From the IMG/VR virus record IMGVR_UViG_3300021959_007005: DNA of 64,000 bases. One strand, 5' to 3'. Both the position numbers and the translations under genes were made by a program. The stretch comes from a virus (taxonomy: Duplodnaviria > Caudoviricetes). Position 1 is the first letter of the stretch; each line of letters starts with the position of its first letter. Below, piece by piece: positions 54,893 through 63,852 of the stretch. The notes beneath the pieces are model-generated. The model saw only the letters and a program-made list of their open reading frames with translations. It did no database searches and had not been told where the DNA came from.

Positions 54893-55457
54893 TTTTGAAC
54901 ATATAGGTGATCATGTAATACATGTGTTTGATTACAAAGATTACAATCAACAACAACTACTAGACGAAGCGTATAGTAGACAGTACGAGCCTTTTGTTGT
55001 GCCAATGGATGACGAAAACAGTGATCCAAATTGGTTTGAGAAAGACAGTGACGTGCAGATGAATAATTGGACACAAGCTAGATTTTTTCAAGAGCAAAAA
55101 GACGGCAGTGATCATTTAATTAACTATCCTGAAACAAAAAGGGTAACTAAATACTTTGCTAGTATAATACAAACCAATGATATTAGACCCAGGTATTATA
55201 AACTAGAAGCAAACACCAGCGTTCCTGAACATGTAGATCACAATACCAAATGTGGTGTAAATATCATTTTAAATGACAATGCAGGTCCAGTAGAGTTTGT
55301 TGGTGTTGGCTTGTTTGATTATCGTGTTGCACTGTTGAACACCAGTGAATTACATTGTGTACCTGCACATCCACAAGAAAGAATACTATTAAAATTAAGC
55401 ATAATGGACGTAGACTATGACACTGCTAAAAAGAGGATTAAACAAAATGTATCATGA
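54879..55457 (+). CDS. Fe/2OG oxygenase-like protein
   Basis: KLEANTSVPEHVD, ELHCV and RILLKL motifs. Confidence 0.7.
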   Translation: MWMIDFEHIGDHVIHVFDYKDYNQQQLLDEAYSRQYEPFVVPMDDENSDPNWFEKDSDVQMNNWTQARFFQEQKDGSDHLINYPETKRVTKYFASIIQTNDIRPRYYKLEANTSVPEHVDHNTKCGVNIILNDNAGPVEFVGVGLFDYRVALLNTSELHCVPAHPQERILLKLSIMDVDYDTAKKRIKQNVS

Positions 55458-56085
55458 ACATGCTGACCCTATTAACTTTAAAATATGCGAGTCAATGCCA
55501 GTTGAATGGCATAATAAACTAAATGAAATATATGACAGATGTACTACACATATACTAGAATTTTCGTTCCATGCCAACCATGGAGACTTTGTTTGTGATC
55601 AAATATGGTGTGAAACACAACAAGATCAGCAATGGATTATTGATACTATACTTCCATACTATGGCATAGACTATGAAAATGTTGCTGAACTAGACTACAG
55701 TAATGCAGTAAGCAGTGATAGAAGCGGAAGTTTTACTGAAGGGTTTGCGCCTCCTTATCCAAAAAACAGCATCAACTTTACACGTTTTGTAGCAGGTAAA
55801 GCTGCTATTATGCAACACAATGCTGGTGTGGATCATGTATTATGCAAGCTCAATGTACCAGTTAAGAACATTGAAGCAGGAACATGTCGTTGGATTGACA
55901 CACAAGAAGGTTGGAATTACAAAGATAACACTGCACTATTACTAAACGTGCAAGCGGATCACACTGTGGACGGTTTAGAGGACCTAAAAGAAGATCGGGC
56001 ATTCCTTAGTATTGCGCTTAAAACAACTTTTGCAGAAAGTATAGCAGATGATAAAGTCTTACGATCTATACACAAACAAAAATAA
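55447..56085 (+). CDS. Fe/2OG oxygenase-fold protein with HxA site
   Basis: GKAAIMQHNA aligns with HxD of neighbouring paralogs; distal ADHTVD; start probably at 55447. Confidence 0.55.
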   Translation: MYHEHADPINFKICESMPVEWHNKLNEIYDRCTTHILEFSFHANHGDFVCDQIWCETQQDQQWIIDTILPYYGIDYENVAELDYSNAVSSDRSGSFTEGFAPPYPKNSINFTRFVAGKAAIMQHNAGVDHVLCKLNVPVKNIEAGTCRWIDTQEGWNYKDNTALLLNVQADHTVDGLEDLKEDRAFLSIALKTTFAESIADDKVLRSIHKQK

Positions 56086-56551
56086 ATTGTGGGACATATA
56101 TCGTAGGTGTACTCGCAGTGAAGATTACTATAATTTAAACGTAGCAAGTACCACAAATGTTTTTATTGACAATCCTGAGGATTGTGAGTATATAGAACAA
56201 AATATTGTTGAGCCATTGGGTATTGATATACAGTGGTTAAACAATCAATATGACGACAGTGTAGGATATAACTTTAATGTTGTCAAGCCCACAGGCTTTG
56301 TAAAGCCTCACAGAGACGTAAACAGTACTAAAGTAAATATTTTATTAAACCAAAAAACACTTGCACCATTTTTGTTTGTGGAAACACAACAAAAATACTA
56401 TTACGAACACCCAGTATTACTGGATGTGAGTCAACTACACACTGTTGATAATTGTGCTAGCATAACTAAAGATAGAGTAACACTGCAATTATTTTTAACA
56501 AAACCATATGATGAATGTGAAAGGATGATAAATGAAAATAGAAGATATTAA
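56048..56551 (+). CDS. Fe/2OG oxygenase-like protein
   Basis: VKPHRD, QLHTVDN and RVTLQL motifs. Confidence 0.7.
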   Translation: MIKSYDLYTNKNKLWDIYRRCTRSEDYYNLNVASTTNVFIDNPEDCEYIEQNIVEPLGIDIQWLNNQYDDSVGYNFNVVKPTGFVKPHRDVNSTKVNILLNQKTLAPFLFVETQQKYYYEHPVLLDVSQLHTVDNCASITKDRVTLQLFLTKPYDECERMINENRRY

Positions 56552-57509
56552 AAGTAGTAGCGGATATACCGTAGCTGCAAGAGTACTAACACCATATAAA
56601 GATATGAAGGAACAAGACTTTATTGATCTTGTACGTGAGTATGGTACTGTGGTGTGGAAAAAAGACACAGCTACGGTAGACGAATATATTGATTTTCAGA
56701 TGCGAGTAGGTTATCATCAAGCAGCAGAAATCTGGTGTAATGACGACAAGTATCCACAAATTTATCGTGTTACCAATCTTAAAGTAAAAGACGAACACGA
56801 ATCAGAAGGTTTGTTTGGACACGGAGAACTAGACTGGCACTGTAATATATTGTTTACACCTGATAGTGAGGAAATGGTGGGCTTACGGGCAGTTGAAATA
56901 CCCAAAGGAAGTCAAACAATTATGGCCAACAGTATTCCTTTTTGGAATAATCTAAGTGAAGAAAAGCGTGAATTATATGACACACTGCATTTGAGTATCA
57001 CAAATAAAATGGAAGACACGTATGAAAATCGTCTAGCACACTATGTACTACCTACTGCAGAGCTCAAAGACTTTGACAAAAAACGTGCAAGCAGAGCTAT
57101 ACAAAGAAGTTTAAACTATGATCAACCTGAAGACAAATTTGCTGAGCCACGTTTTGAAAAAACGAACACTCTTAAAATGATCAGTAGACATCCACTGGGT
57201 ACCAAAGGTGTATACTTTCCACATTTAAATCTAAGTTATATATGTGACAAAGATGGAAACAAACTGGAAAACCATCGTGAAATTTATGAAGAAATTAAAG
57301 CAGAATATATTGATAGTGATCAATATCATTATGCACATGAATGGGAAGTTGGAGACATTTGTTTTATGGAACAGCTAACAGGCGTTCATAGACGTAATAA
57401 TGTATGGTTAGAAAAAGGATTAGATCCAGAAACTGCCAAACGTGAATTACAACGTACTAGCTTCTGGTACAAAACACCTTATAGACTGCACACAGAACGA
57501 TGCATCTAA
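56532..57509 (+). CDS. TauD/TfdA-family dioxygenase
   Basis: LDWH, G.QT..AN, HPLG, WEVGD..F...HRR and RELQR motifs. Confidence 0.8.
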   Translation: MKIEDIKSSSGYTVAARVLTPYKDMKEQDFIDLVREYGTVVWKKDTATVDEYIDFQMRVGYHQAAEIWCNDDKYPQIYRVTNLKVKDEHESEGLFGHGELDWHCNILFTPDSEEMVGLRAVEIPKGSQTIMANSIPFWNNLSEEKRELYDTLHLSITNKMEDTYENRLAHYVLPTAELKDFDKKRASRAIQRSLNYDQPEDKFAEPRFEKTNTLKMISRHPLGTKGVYFPHLNLSYICDKDGNKLENHREIYEEIKAEYIDSDQYHYAHEWEVGDICFMEQLTGVHRRNNVWLEKGLDPETAKRELQRTSFWYKTPYRLHTERCI

Positions 57510-58543
57510 GTAGCACTTTTTGTAGTAAGGCATGGAGTGATGTAAACATAGACTTTGCTCGACGAAGTGTTAGACATTGTTGTAAAAGTGTGAATGAATA
57601 TATGCCCGAGCAACTTGATACTGAATTTTTCAATGCAAGTCCTGGTATATTAGAACGCCGTGAAGCATTGCAAGCAGGCATAGAACATACAAATTGCAAA
57701 CACTGCTGGAGCAGTTATAGAAAGTCAGGCGGAGCCTACAGAGATGTTTACAACACAGGCAAGATTGAACCTATAAAATTTGTAGAAGTGAAACTAGACA
57801 ACTTGTGTGATATGACATGTCAGTATTGTGATGCTCGTAGTAGTCATAAAATTGCACAAAAACTAGGAATTAAACAATCAGTACTACAAGCTGATGACCA
57901 AGATTACGCTGTGTTTTTAGATTGGTTGCAAACACTTAAAGATCCTTATACACTAAGTTTTCTTGGCGGTGAAGTTACATACAGCAAAAACTTTGTAAAG
58001 TTTGCAGAACTTATGTTGCAAAAATTATATAAGCAAGACTTATTCATTTCTATTATGACAAATGCAAATACCCTACCAAAACAACAACAGAAATTTTTTG
58101 AGCTATTAGATCGATTTCCTAACAACTGGCGTGTTATTGTTGTAATTAGTAATGAAAGCACTGGCAACGTTAGTGAAACTGTTAGAGAAGGATTAAGTTG
58201 GCCAAGATTTGAAACTAATGTACGTAATTACTTTGCAAGAACACAACTAGAGTTTATAGGATTGAGTCCAACACTCAGCACACTTACTGTGGATCATTTC
58301 TCAGACTATATGTACTGGGTGGGTGAACTTGCACGTGAATACAATATACAACTTTATATCACAGGAAGCAGTGTAGATCATAGTGGTCCATTAAGTTTAC
58401 AATACTGCGACAACACAAAACAATCTTTGGTAAACAACTGGCGCAAACTGTTCAATCAGTATGCAGATGTCATTATGAATTTAGATGACTGTTTAATTTG
58501 GTTGGAAAAAGTACGAAAAGAAATTACAAGCAATGCTGTTTGA
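57500..58543 (+). CDS. Radical SAM protein with N-terminal Cys-rich (SPASM/twitch-like) domain
   Basis: CDMTCQYC, LGGEV and TNAN motifs; N-terminal FCSKAW..HCC..C.HC. Confidence 0.85.
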   Translation: MHLSSTFCSKAWSDVNIDFARRSVRHCCKSVNEYMPEQLDTEFFNASPGILERREALQAGIEHTNCKHCWSSYRKSGGAYRDVYNTGKIEPIKFVEVKLDNLCDMTCQYCDARSSHKIAQKLGIKQSVLQADDQDYAVFLDWLQTLKDPYTLSFLGGEVTYSKNFVKFAELMLQKLYKQDLFISIMTNANTLPKQQQKFFELLDRFPNNWRVIVVISNESTGNVSETVREGLSWPRFETNVRNYFARTQLEFIGLSPTLSTLTVDHFSDYMYWVGELAREYNIQLYITGSSVDHSGPLSLQYCDNTKQSLVNNWRKLFNQYADVIMNLDDCLIWLEKVRKEITSNAV

Positions 58544-59213
58544 GTACATCAAATGCATCACTATGTACAGATAAAAAGAATTGATATGTACTTGAATCGC
58601 CTTGACTGCGAGCTGTGTGTATTAAGCTAGTGTCTACAATATACATCCTGCCTGGTTCAATATCTCCATGCCAATCTACCATGTCAGGTTCCATACTACT
58701 AACTGTTCCTGGTGTAGGAGCTCTGCGAAATTCTCTATCAAATTGAAACTTTACATTATCTGGATCTGTAGTTCCCCATAGTCTCAGTATTGGGCTAGGA
58801 AACCATGTATCGCTATGTGGATAAAAGAATGATTCACTATCCCATCTCAGTATACAACTACGACACCAATAATCATCAAAACATTTAAGAGGATCGAATA
58901 CACTGTGTTCAAACACTGGAGTTTTTTGTGTAAAGTCTCTGTCAAACACCCAGTCTTCTTCTTCTAATGGTTCTAGCCATTCATCTAATGGATAACACAC
59001 AGGCTCTGGATTGTTGTACATACTGCCGTTTTGATTTACCAATGGTAATCCGTATCTAGGAAAGTGTTTTTTCTTTTCACCCCAACTGCGAAATGCATAT
59101 TGGTGCTGTTGCATAAGACTTTCAAACTTATCGGGATCGATTACTATGTCTGTCGCTACAACAGGAGAAGTGTGCAATTGTAGATATTTGTCTAGTTCTA
59201 TCATAGCAGACAA
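58524..59213 (-). CDS. Fe/2OG oxygenase-like protein
   Basis: FYPHSD, GRMYIVDTSLIHTA motifs. Confidence 0.7.
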   Translation of the reverse strand: MSAMIELDKYLQLHTSPVVATDIVIDPDKFESLMQQHQYAFRSWGEKKKHFPRYGLPLVNQNGSMYNNPEPVCYPLDEWLEPLEEEDWVFDRDFTQKTPVFEHSVFDPLKCFDDYWCRSCILRWDSESFFYPHSDTWFPSPILRLWGTTDPDNVKFQFDREFRRAPTPGTVSSMEPDMVDWHGDIEPGRMYIVDTSLIHTARSQGDSSTYQFFLSVHSDAFDVLKQHCL

Positions 59214-59755
59214 GCAACCATGTGTATGCGATCTTCGTTACTGCCATTAAATGCTGTATGATAGCATTTTTTAGTTTCAGTCCAATACCATTTGTTTTTT
59301 TCTAAATGCTCTACTTCTTTTTCAATTACCATGTAGCACCCAAACTGTGTTTTGATAGGATAGTGTATTCTGTTGTTGTAGTCATAATGCCAGCTCATTG
59401 CATATCTAGGATTTGTACGCATCAGTCTTACTCTGCCTACAGTATAATCATTAGTAAGAGCAGTATATAATTGTTCAAACTGTGTGCCTGCAAACACACT
59501 GCACAGTTTAGTAAAATCTTGTTCACGTAGTGCAGTTTCACGTTTAGGTACATGCACTCCATTTTCTGTGTCACTGGCACGGGCCCAATCTAAATCCAAA
59601 CTACCTACTCCTGCATAAGGACTGTCATTGTCGGGTGTAGCATTGATACAGATTTGATTCATGTGTTGCCAACTTAAAACGTTGTTGTGCAACATCTGTT
59701 CTAGTTCTTGATGAACATCTATACTAGGAAGATCTTTTAACTGTTTAAAATGCAT
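59201..59755 (-). CDS. Asp/Asn beta-hydroxylase-like Fe/2OG oxygenase
   Basis: GRVRLM..MSWHYD..RIHYPI and HTAFNG..RIH motifs. Confidence 0.78.
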   Translation of the reverse strand: MHFKQLKDLPSIDVHQELEQMLHNNVLSWQHMNQICINATPDNDSPYAGVGSLDLDWARASDTENGVHVPKRETALREQDFTKLCSVFAGTQFEQLYTALTNDYTVGRVRLMRTNPRYAMSWHYDYNNRIHYPIKTQFGCYMVIEKEVEHLEKNKWYWTETKKCYHTAFNGSNEDRIHMVACLL

Positions 59756-60375
59756 CAGTAATGTTTTATTTTTATGGGTTCTTTTGGAATAGAATAGAAA
59801 ATTTTATCGTTGTCAGCATGATGTATGCGTCTATTCAAGTTAGGATTTTTATGACCCACCCCCATAAGCAATAATATCTTGCGGTCTGTTTGTAGTATCT
59901 CTTTTATTGGTTCTGGATCTAAGCATTGACAGCACCCTGTACTATATCCTAGCATTGTGCTAGTAAGATTTAAGTATCCACTTGCGATACCTAATGCAAT
60001 ATTGGCATCTCTTTGGATTATTGTCTGGTCACTGTTTTCATCTAGTTCATTTTTATCAAGCACTCTAGAACTTGACTCAGCACTTGTAAACACAAATAAA
60101 ATATTTGCTAGTACTTGGCTGTTTGTAATTATTTCCTGTTCTTCATTGAACATTCTGAATCCAAAAGTGTAATTGTGTATCTGTTCTATGATGTTTCTAT
60201 CTTGTACAACACTCAAACCATAAAATGCATTATTTTGTTTGCTAGGGCATTGCGTTGCTGCATGAATCATTAGATCAATATCAGTTTGAGGTATAGGTTG
60301 TGATAAGTCCCAGTTACGTTGACAATGTTGACTTTTAATTACGCTTTTATGTATATTTGTGTGTATGTCTAACAT
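59755..60375 (-). CDS. Nitroreductase-family flavoprotein
   Basis: CQRNW, CPSKQN, DANIALG.A..LGYSTGCC and LMGVG motifs. Confidence 0.8.
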   Translation of the reverse strand: MLDIHTNIHKSVIKSQHCQRNWDLSQPIPQTDIDLMIHAATQCPSKQNNAFYGLSVVQDRNIIEQIHNYTFGFRMFNEEQEIITNSQVLANILFVFTSAESSSRVLDKNELDENSDQTIIQRDANIALGIASGYLNLTSTMLGYSTGCCQCLDPEPIKEILQTDRKILLLMGVGHKNPNLNRRIHHADNDKIFYSIPKEPIKIKHY

Positions 60376-60384
60376 GGCGTATTC

Positions 60385-60663
60385 CTAAAAAAGTTCGTTT
60401 GTGGTTTCAATGATAGTAAAGTTTGTATTGTCTACACCGTCTGCCATTTTTGTACCTAGTAGCGTAAAATATTCATTGCATTCTGTTTCGTTATTAAAAG
60501 TTAGCCACGTAATAATATTGTCAGCGTCATCTGGATCTGCATTACTTCCTGAATCTAATATTTTTCCATCGGCTACCCAGTCGTCAAAGACAGCAGTTGC
60601 TTCCGTGTTTAAAATATTTTCTGCTGAATCGACTTGAATTTTTAAAGTTCTTTTGTATGCCAT
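60385..60663 (-). CDS. Small acidic hypothetical protein
   Basis: GGAGG RBS and ATAAATA motif upstream on the minus strand. Confidence 0.75.
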   Translation of the reverse strand: MAYKRTLKIQVDSAENILNTEATAVFDDWVADGKILDSGSNADPDDADNIITWLTFNNETECNEYFTLLGTKMADGVDNTNFTIIETTNELF

Positions 60664-60690
60664 TTAATTACACCTCCACTATATTGATAT

Positions 60691-61803
60691 TTATGCCTTT
60701 CGTTTTGGAATCTTACTATCAGCACTACTAACACAATTGTCACTAATACAAACTCTAGGCTTATCAAATAATTTAAATCCTGTTTCAATATTACCAAGAG
60801 GGACGTCTGCACAACTATAACTGCGTTTGATACTTCCGTCAGGCTCTCTGATAATGATTCCACTGTATCCTGCATTACAACTCCATCCCTTAAACTCATT
60901 GAAGTTGAAAGCATTAAACCGTTCTGCTTGGTCCATGTACCATTTCTTGCCTGTAGAGTCTGTAAACTCTACTTGCATGTGCCATGGCACACTCTTGTCA
61001 TTCTCACCTATTGCGTAAGGCGGCAATTCGAAACTTGGCCGTGGACGATCCGCCCATTTGCGTTTCGATTCAGTATACGCCATTTGAGGCATACCGTTCC
61101 ACAATCGCTGTAGCATTTCATCTGTGTAACCGTCCACGACTCTAGACGCCGTTGGATCTGATTGTGGCTTGAGGGTAACGTTGATTCCTTGCTCGTGGAA
61201 GAACAATGCGTTTTCCCAGTCCCTCTCAAACCAGTTTGGAACCATAACCATATTGATTGTAACTTGAACATCATGCTCCTGACACAAGATTAGTTTATCT
61301 GCAAAGTCTTGTAACTTCTCAGTAGTATTTAAATGTTCTGTGTGTAAACTAGCGGTTATACTAGCTCTATGGAAGGGTTTTACACGTTCTACATAATCCT
61401 CATGCCACTTCATATTGCGTGACATATTAGTTGTCATATGAACACTAGTATAATTTGTGTTTAATATATCGCTGGCAAGGTGTTGTAGGATGTCAAGGTA
61501 GCCGGGATGAAAGGTAGGTTCTCCCCCAGACAGGGAGAAGTGGAAACTATTGAAGCCGTTAGCTCTTGCTTGGGATTTGATTTCATCCACTGTATGCAAG
61601 CAGAGCTCAGTAGGTCGGTGGTCTTTACGGTCGGAACGGGCGTAAGGCCAACAGTACGAGCATTTGTAGTTGCAAAATCTTCCGAGCAGCCAACTAACAG
61701 TAAACAAGTCGCGATAAAGCAAAGTCCTTTGCCCAACGCTGACGATATCGTCAAAGGGTATTTTAGTAAAATCATATTCACTCCATTTTAAGTCTTCTGT
61801 CAT
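60691..61803 (-). CDS. Radical SAM protein with C-terminal SPASM/twitch-like Cys motif
   Basis: CNYKCSYC, SGGEPT, WSCNAG..YSC..C...CVSSAD; start moved to 61803 (ATGA overlap). Confidence 0.88.
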   Translation of the reverse strand: MTEDLKWSEYDFTKIPFDDIVSVGQRTLLYRDLFTVSWLLGRFCNYKCSYCWPYARSDRKDHRPTELCLHTVDEIKSQARANGFNSFHFSLSGGEPTFHPGYLDILQHLASDILNTNYTSVHMTTNMSRNMKWHEDYVERVKPFHRASITASLHTEHLNTTEKLQDFADKLILCQEHDVQVTINMVMVPNWFERDWENALFFHEQGINVTLKPQSDPTASRVVDGYTDEMLQRLWNGMPQMAYTESKRKWADRPRPSFELPPYAIGENDKSVPWHMQVEFTDSTGKKWYMDQAERFNAFNFNEFKGWSCNAGYSGIIIREPDGSIKRSYSCADVPLGNIETGFKLFDKPRVCISDNCVSSADSKIPKRKA

Positions 61804-62354
61804 AATTTTGCAAATAACTCCAAAAATCGTTCTGCGCCATTTGCGACATTTTTTGACCATTCTTGGGCAGCATTTTCATCTGCCATATCACTAATGTATT
61901 TAAAACTTCTAAAAGGTATATTATATTCTTGTGCAACATATGCCAGTGCATAACCTTCCATGTCTACACAGTCAATGTCTGCTTCCACAAACCATTTGTC
62001 TGGACCCATAACAAAACTATCACCAGTACCACACCTTAATTGCATAACTGGACTCGCTGTACCAATATCACTGAGTATAGGATCGCTAAACGGTACTACA
62101 CCCCTATCAACCATAGGCATTGCCATCATATCACGCTGTACAAATGTACCTATCTCACGCATGCCTTTGACCATAGGATTAAGCCCACCTGCTGTGCCGT
62201 AATTGACAATTAGATTTGGCTTAGTGCTTTTACATAGTGCTTGTGCCAGTCGTGTTGCAGCTTGTACTTTACCAACACCTGTGTAAACTACTGTGGTATT
62301 TTTAGGAGGATTTGGAAGTTCTTCTTCCAATGCTACAACTAATAATATATTCAT
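61800..62354 (-). CDS. mtnN: MTA/SAH (5'-deoxyadenosine) nucleosidase
   Basis: GVGKV, GTAGG, GTGDSF, VDMEG and KYISD.A motifs. Confidence 0.85.
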   Translation of the reverse strand: MNILLVVALEEELPNPPKNTTVVYTGVGKVQAATRLAQALCKSTKPNLIVNYGTAGGLNPMVKGMREIGTFVQRDMMAMPMVDRGVVPFSDPILSDIGTASPVMQLRCGTGDSFVMGPDKWFVEADIDCVDMEGYALAYVAQEYNIPFRSFKYISDMADENAAQEWSKNVANGAERFLELFAKL

Positions 62355-63310
62355 AATTCTTCCTTGATAAATTTATCTTGTTTCATTTGTTTGCATACTT
62401 GCATACATCGTGGAACAGGATTGTCGCTATCCCAACTCTGTTGAATATTTTGCCATACAGTACTATGTATTGCATCTTTTATGCTAACATTTTGTAAATT
62501 AATTGTATCAATATAATTGTTGTCCAACAACAGTTGTTCAAATTGATCTTTCACTTCACCTGTTACACTATATTCCATCATCTTGCTATTTAAATGACAA
62601 CAAGGAATAACATTGCCCATATGATTTATGAATATACGTTTTTGATTACCGTACTTACAACTAATATACGGTATTTCTGGCGCATTGTCAATCTTTTCAG
62701 TCTTGGCTGACTTGACTCCGCCAGTTGTGTCTTTTCTGTGACTGATAATAGTTTTAAAACTTTTAAATCCTTCAGTAGTTGCTTTGGCTTTTGCTTCTTC
62801 TAACTGATGTTCATTGTGTTCAAACACAATAAACTGCCAGTTACTTCTACCACCAGCGGCATTGAACGCACGATAGTTTTGTTCTACTTTTGTAAAATTA
62901 CTGCCTTGTCTATATACTTCACTTAGTTCATCACTGCCGTCAATACCCCAAGTAACAGCATGACTAGGCGGTAATATACCAGCTAGTTCAGTCCACCATT
63001 TTGTAGTACGCAAACTGCCATTAGTAGCAATGTTTATGTGAGCATTCCAGTCAGCAAAGTGACGTATAATATCAAAAAACTGTGGGTGTGTTGTAGGTTC
63101 GTCCACACTGCCGCAAAAATTAATAATTTTAATACTAGGAAATTGTCCACGCACAAATCGTTCACGTATAGTATCTATGGTAATGTAGTGTTTATTGAGT
63201 ATTTTATCAGCTTGTTTGCTAATAATTCTAAAACAACCTTTGCATTCTATGTTACAATAACTAGTAAGCTCTATGTCTAGCCATTCTATAGTATCCATGC
63301 TCCACATCAT
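62351..63310 (-). CDS. Radical SAM/SPASM protein
   Basis: CNIECKGC, CGSVDEP, TNGS and C-terminal GNVIPCC..C..C motifs. Confidence 0.9.
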   Translation of the reverse strand: MMWSMDTIEWLDIELTSYCNIECKGCFRIISKQADKILNKHYITIDTIRERFVRGQFPSIKIINFCGSVDEPTTHPQFFDIIRHFADWNAHINIATNGSLRTTKWWTELAGILPPSHAVTWGIDGSDELSEVYRQGSNFTKVEQNYRAFNAAGGRSNWQFIVFEHNEHQLEEAKAKATTEGFKSFKTIISHRKDTTGGVKSAKTEKIDNAPEIPYISCKYGNQKRIFINHMGNVIPCCHLNSKMMEYSVTGEVKDQFEQLLLDNNYIDTINLQNVSIKDAIHSTVWQNIQQSWDSDNPVPRCMQVCKQMKQDKFIKEEL

Positions 63311-63852
63311 TGTCTCTCCTGCATGGGATCAATACTTAAATTGTTTACACAGTATCCTTGTGGCTGATCCAATACCCATTTGATATATTCAGCAGCTACA
63401 TCTGTGTGCATACATACCCTGTCAGGATGCTTATGTTGATTATTGTCGAGTGTTCCAAAACTAATCAGTGTTATCTTAGGACCACTGTGCCAAACTCCTA
63501 TTAGTCCCAGACTATTACAGTAATCAGCTAGCGCACGTTTCTCTGCATTGTACAACCAACTTGTGCCTTTACTAGTTCTGTCTGTTGTACTGCCTACACA
63601 TACAATATGTGCGTCATTGTTGGCTGTTTTACACGCCTTGTATACTAGATCCAGTAGCACAGTTTGATGGAAGCGCCATAGTGCGCTATTGATAATGATT
63701 TGACTGTGTTTAGCAGCTTCTTGTGCAAACCACTCCATATCACTGTTGTCAGTAAGGTTCACACCTGTGCTTCTACTCACAAACTTTGCATTAGGATACA
63801 GTTTGTGTATACTGTGTGCTAGTCCTTGTCTTGAATTGCCTGTTACTATCAT
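63307..63852 (-). CDS. Short SDR-like Rossmann-fold protein
   Basis: IVTGNSRQGLA, IINSA, VGS and Y...K motifs. Confidence 0.72.
   Translation of the reverse strand: MIVTGNSRQGLAHSIHKLYPNAKFVSRSTGVNLTDNSDMEWFAQEAAKHSQIIINSALWRFHQTVLLDLVYKACKTANNDAHIVCVGSTTDRTSKGTSWLYNAEKRALADYCNSLGLIGVWHSGPKITLISFGTLDNNQHKHPDRVCMHTDVAAEYIKWVLDQPQGYCVNNLSIDPMQERQ

Noticed and set aside
432-57699. Numerous minus-strand and alternate-frame ORFs in the track overlapping the called genes (e.g. 7944-8261, 8268-8624, 10366-10869, 16714-17409, 48269-48811)
   Set aside because: They are shadows of + strand genes, especially low-complexity ones, with no motifs or RBS.
60401-63280. Plus-strand ORFs within the minus-strand block
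   Set aside because: They are antisense to well-supported radical SAM, MTAN and small-protein genes.
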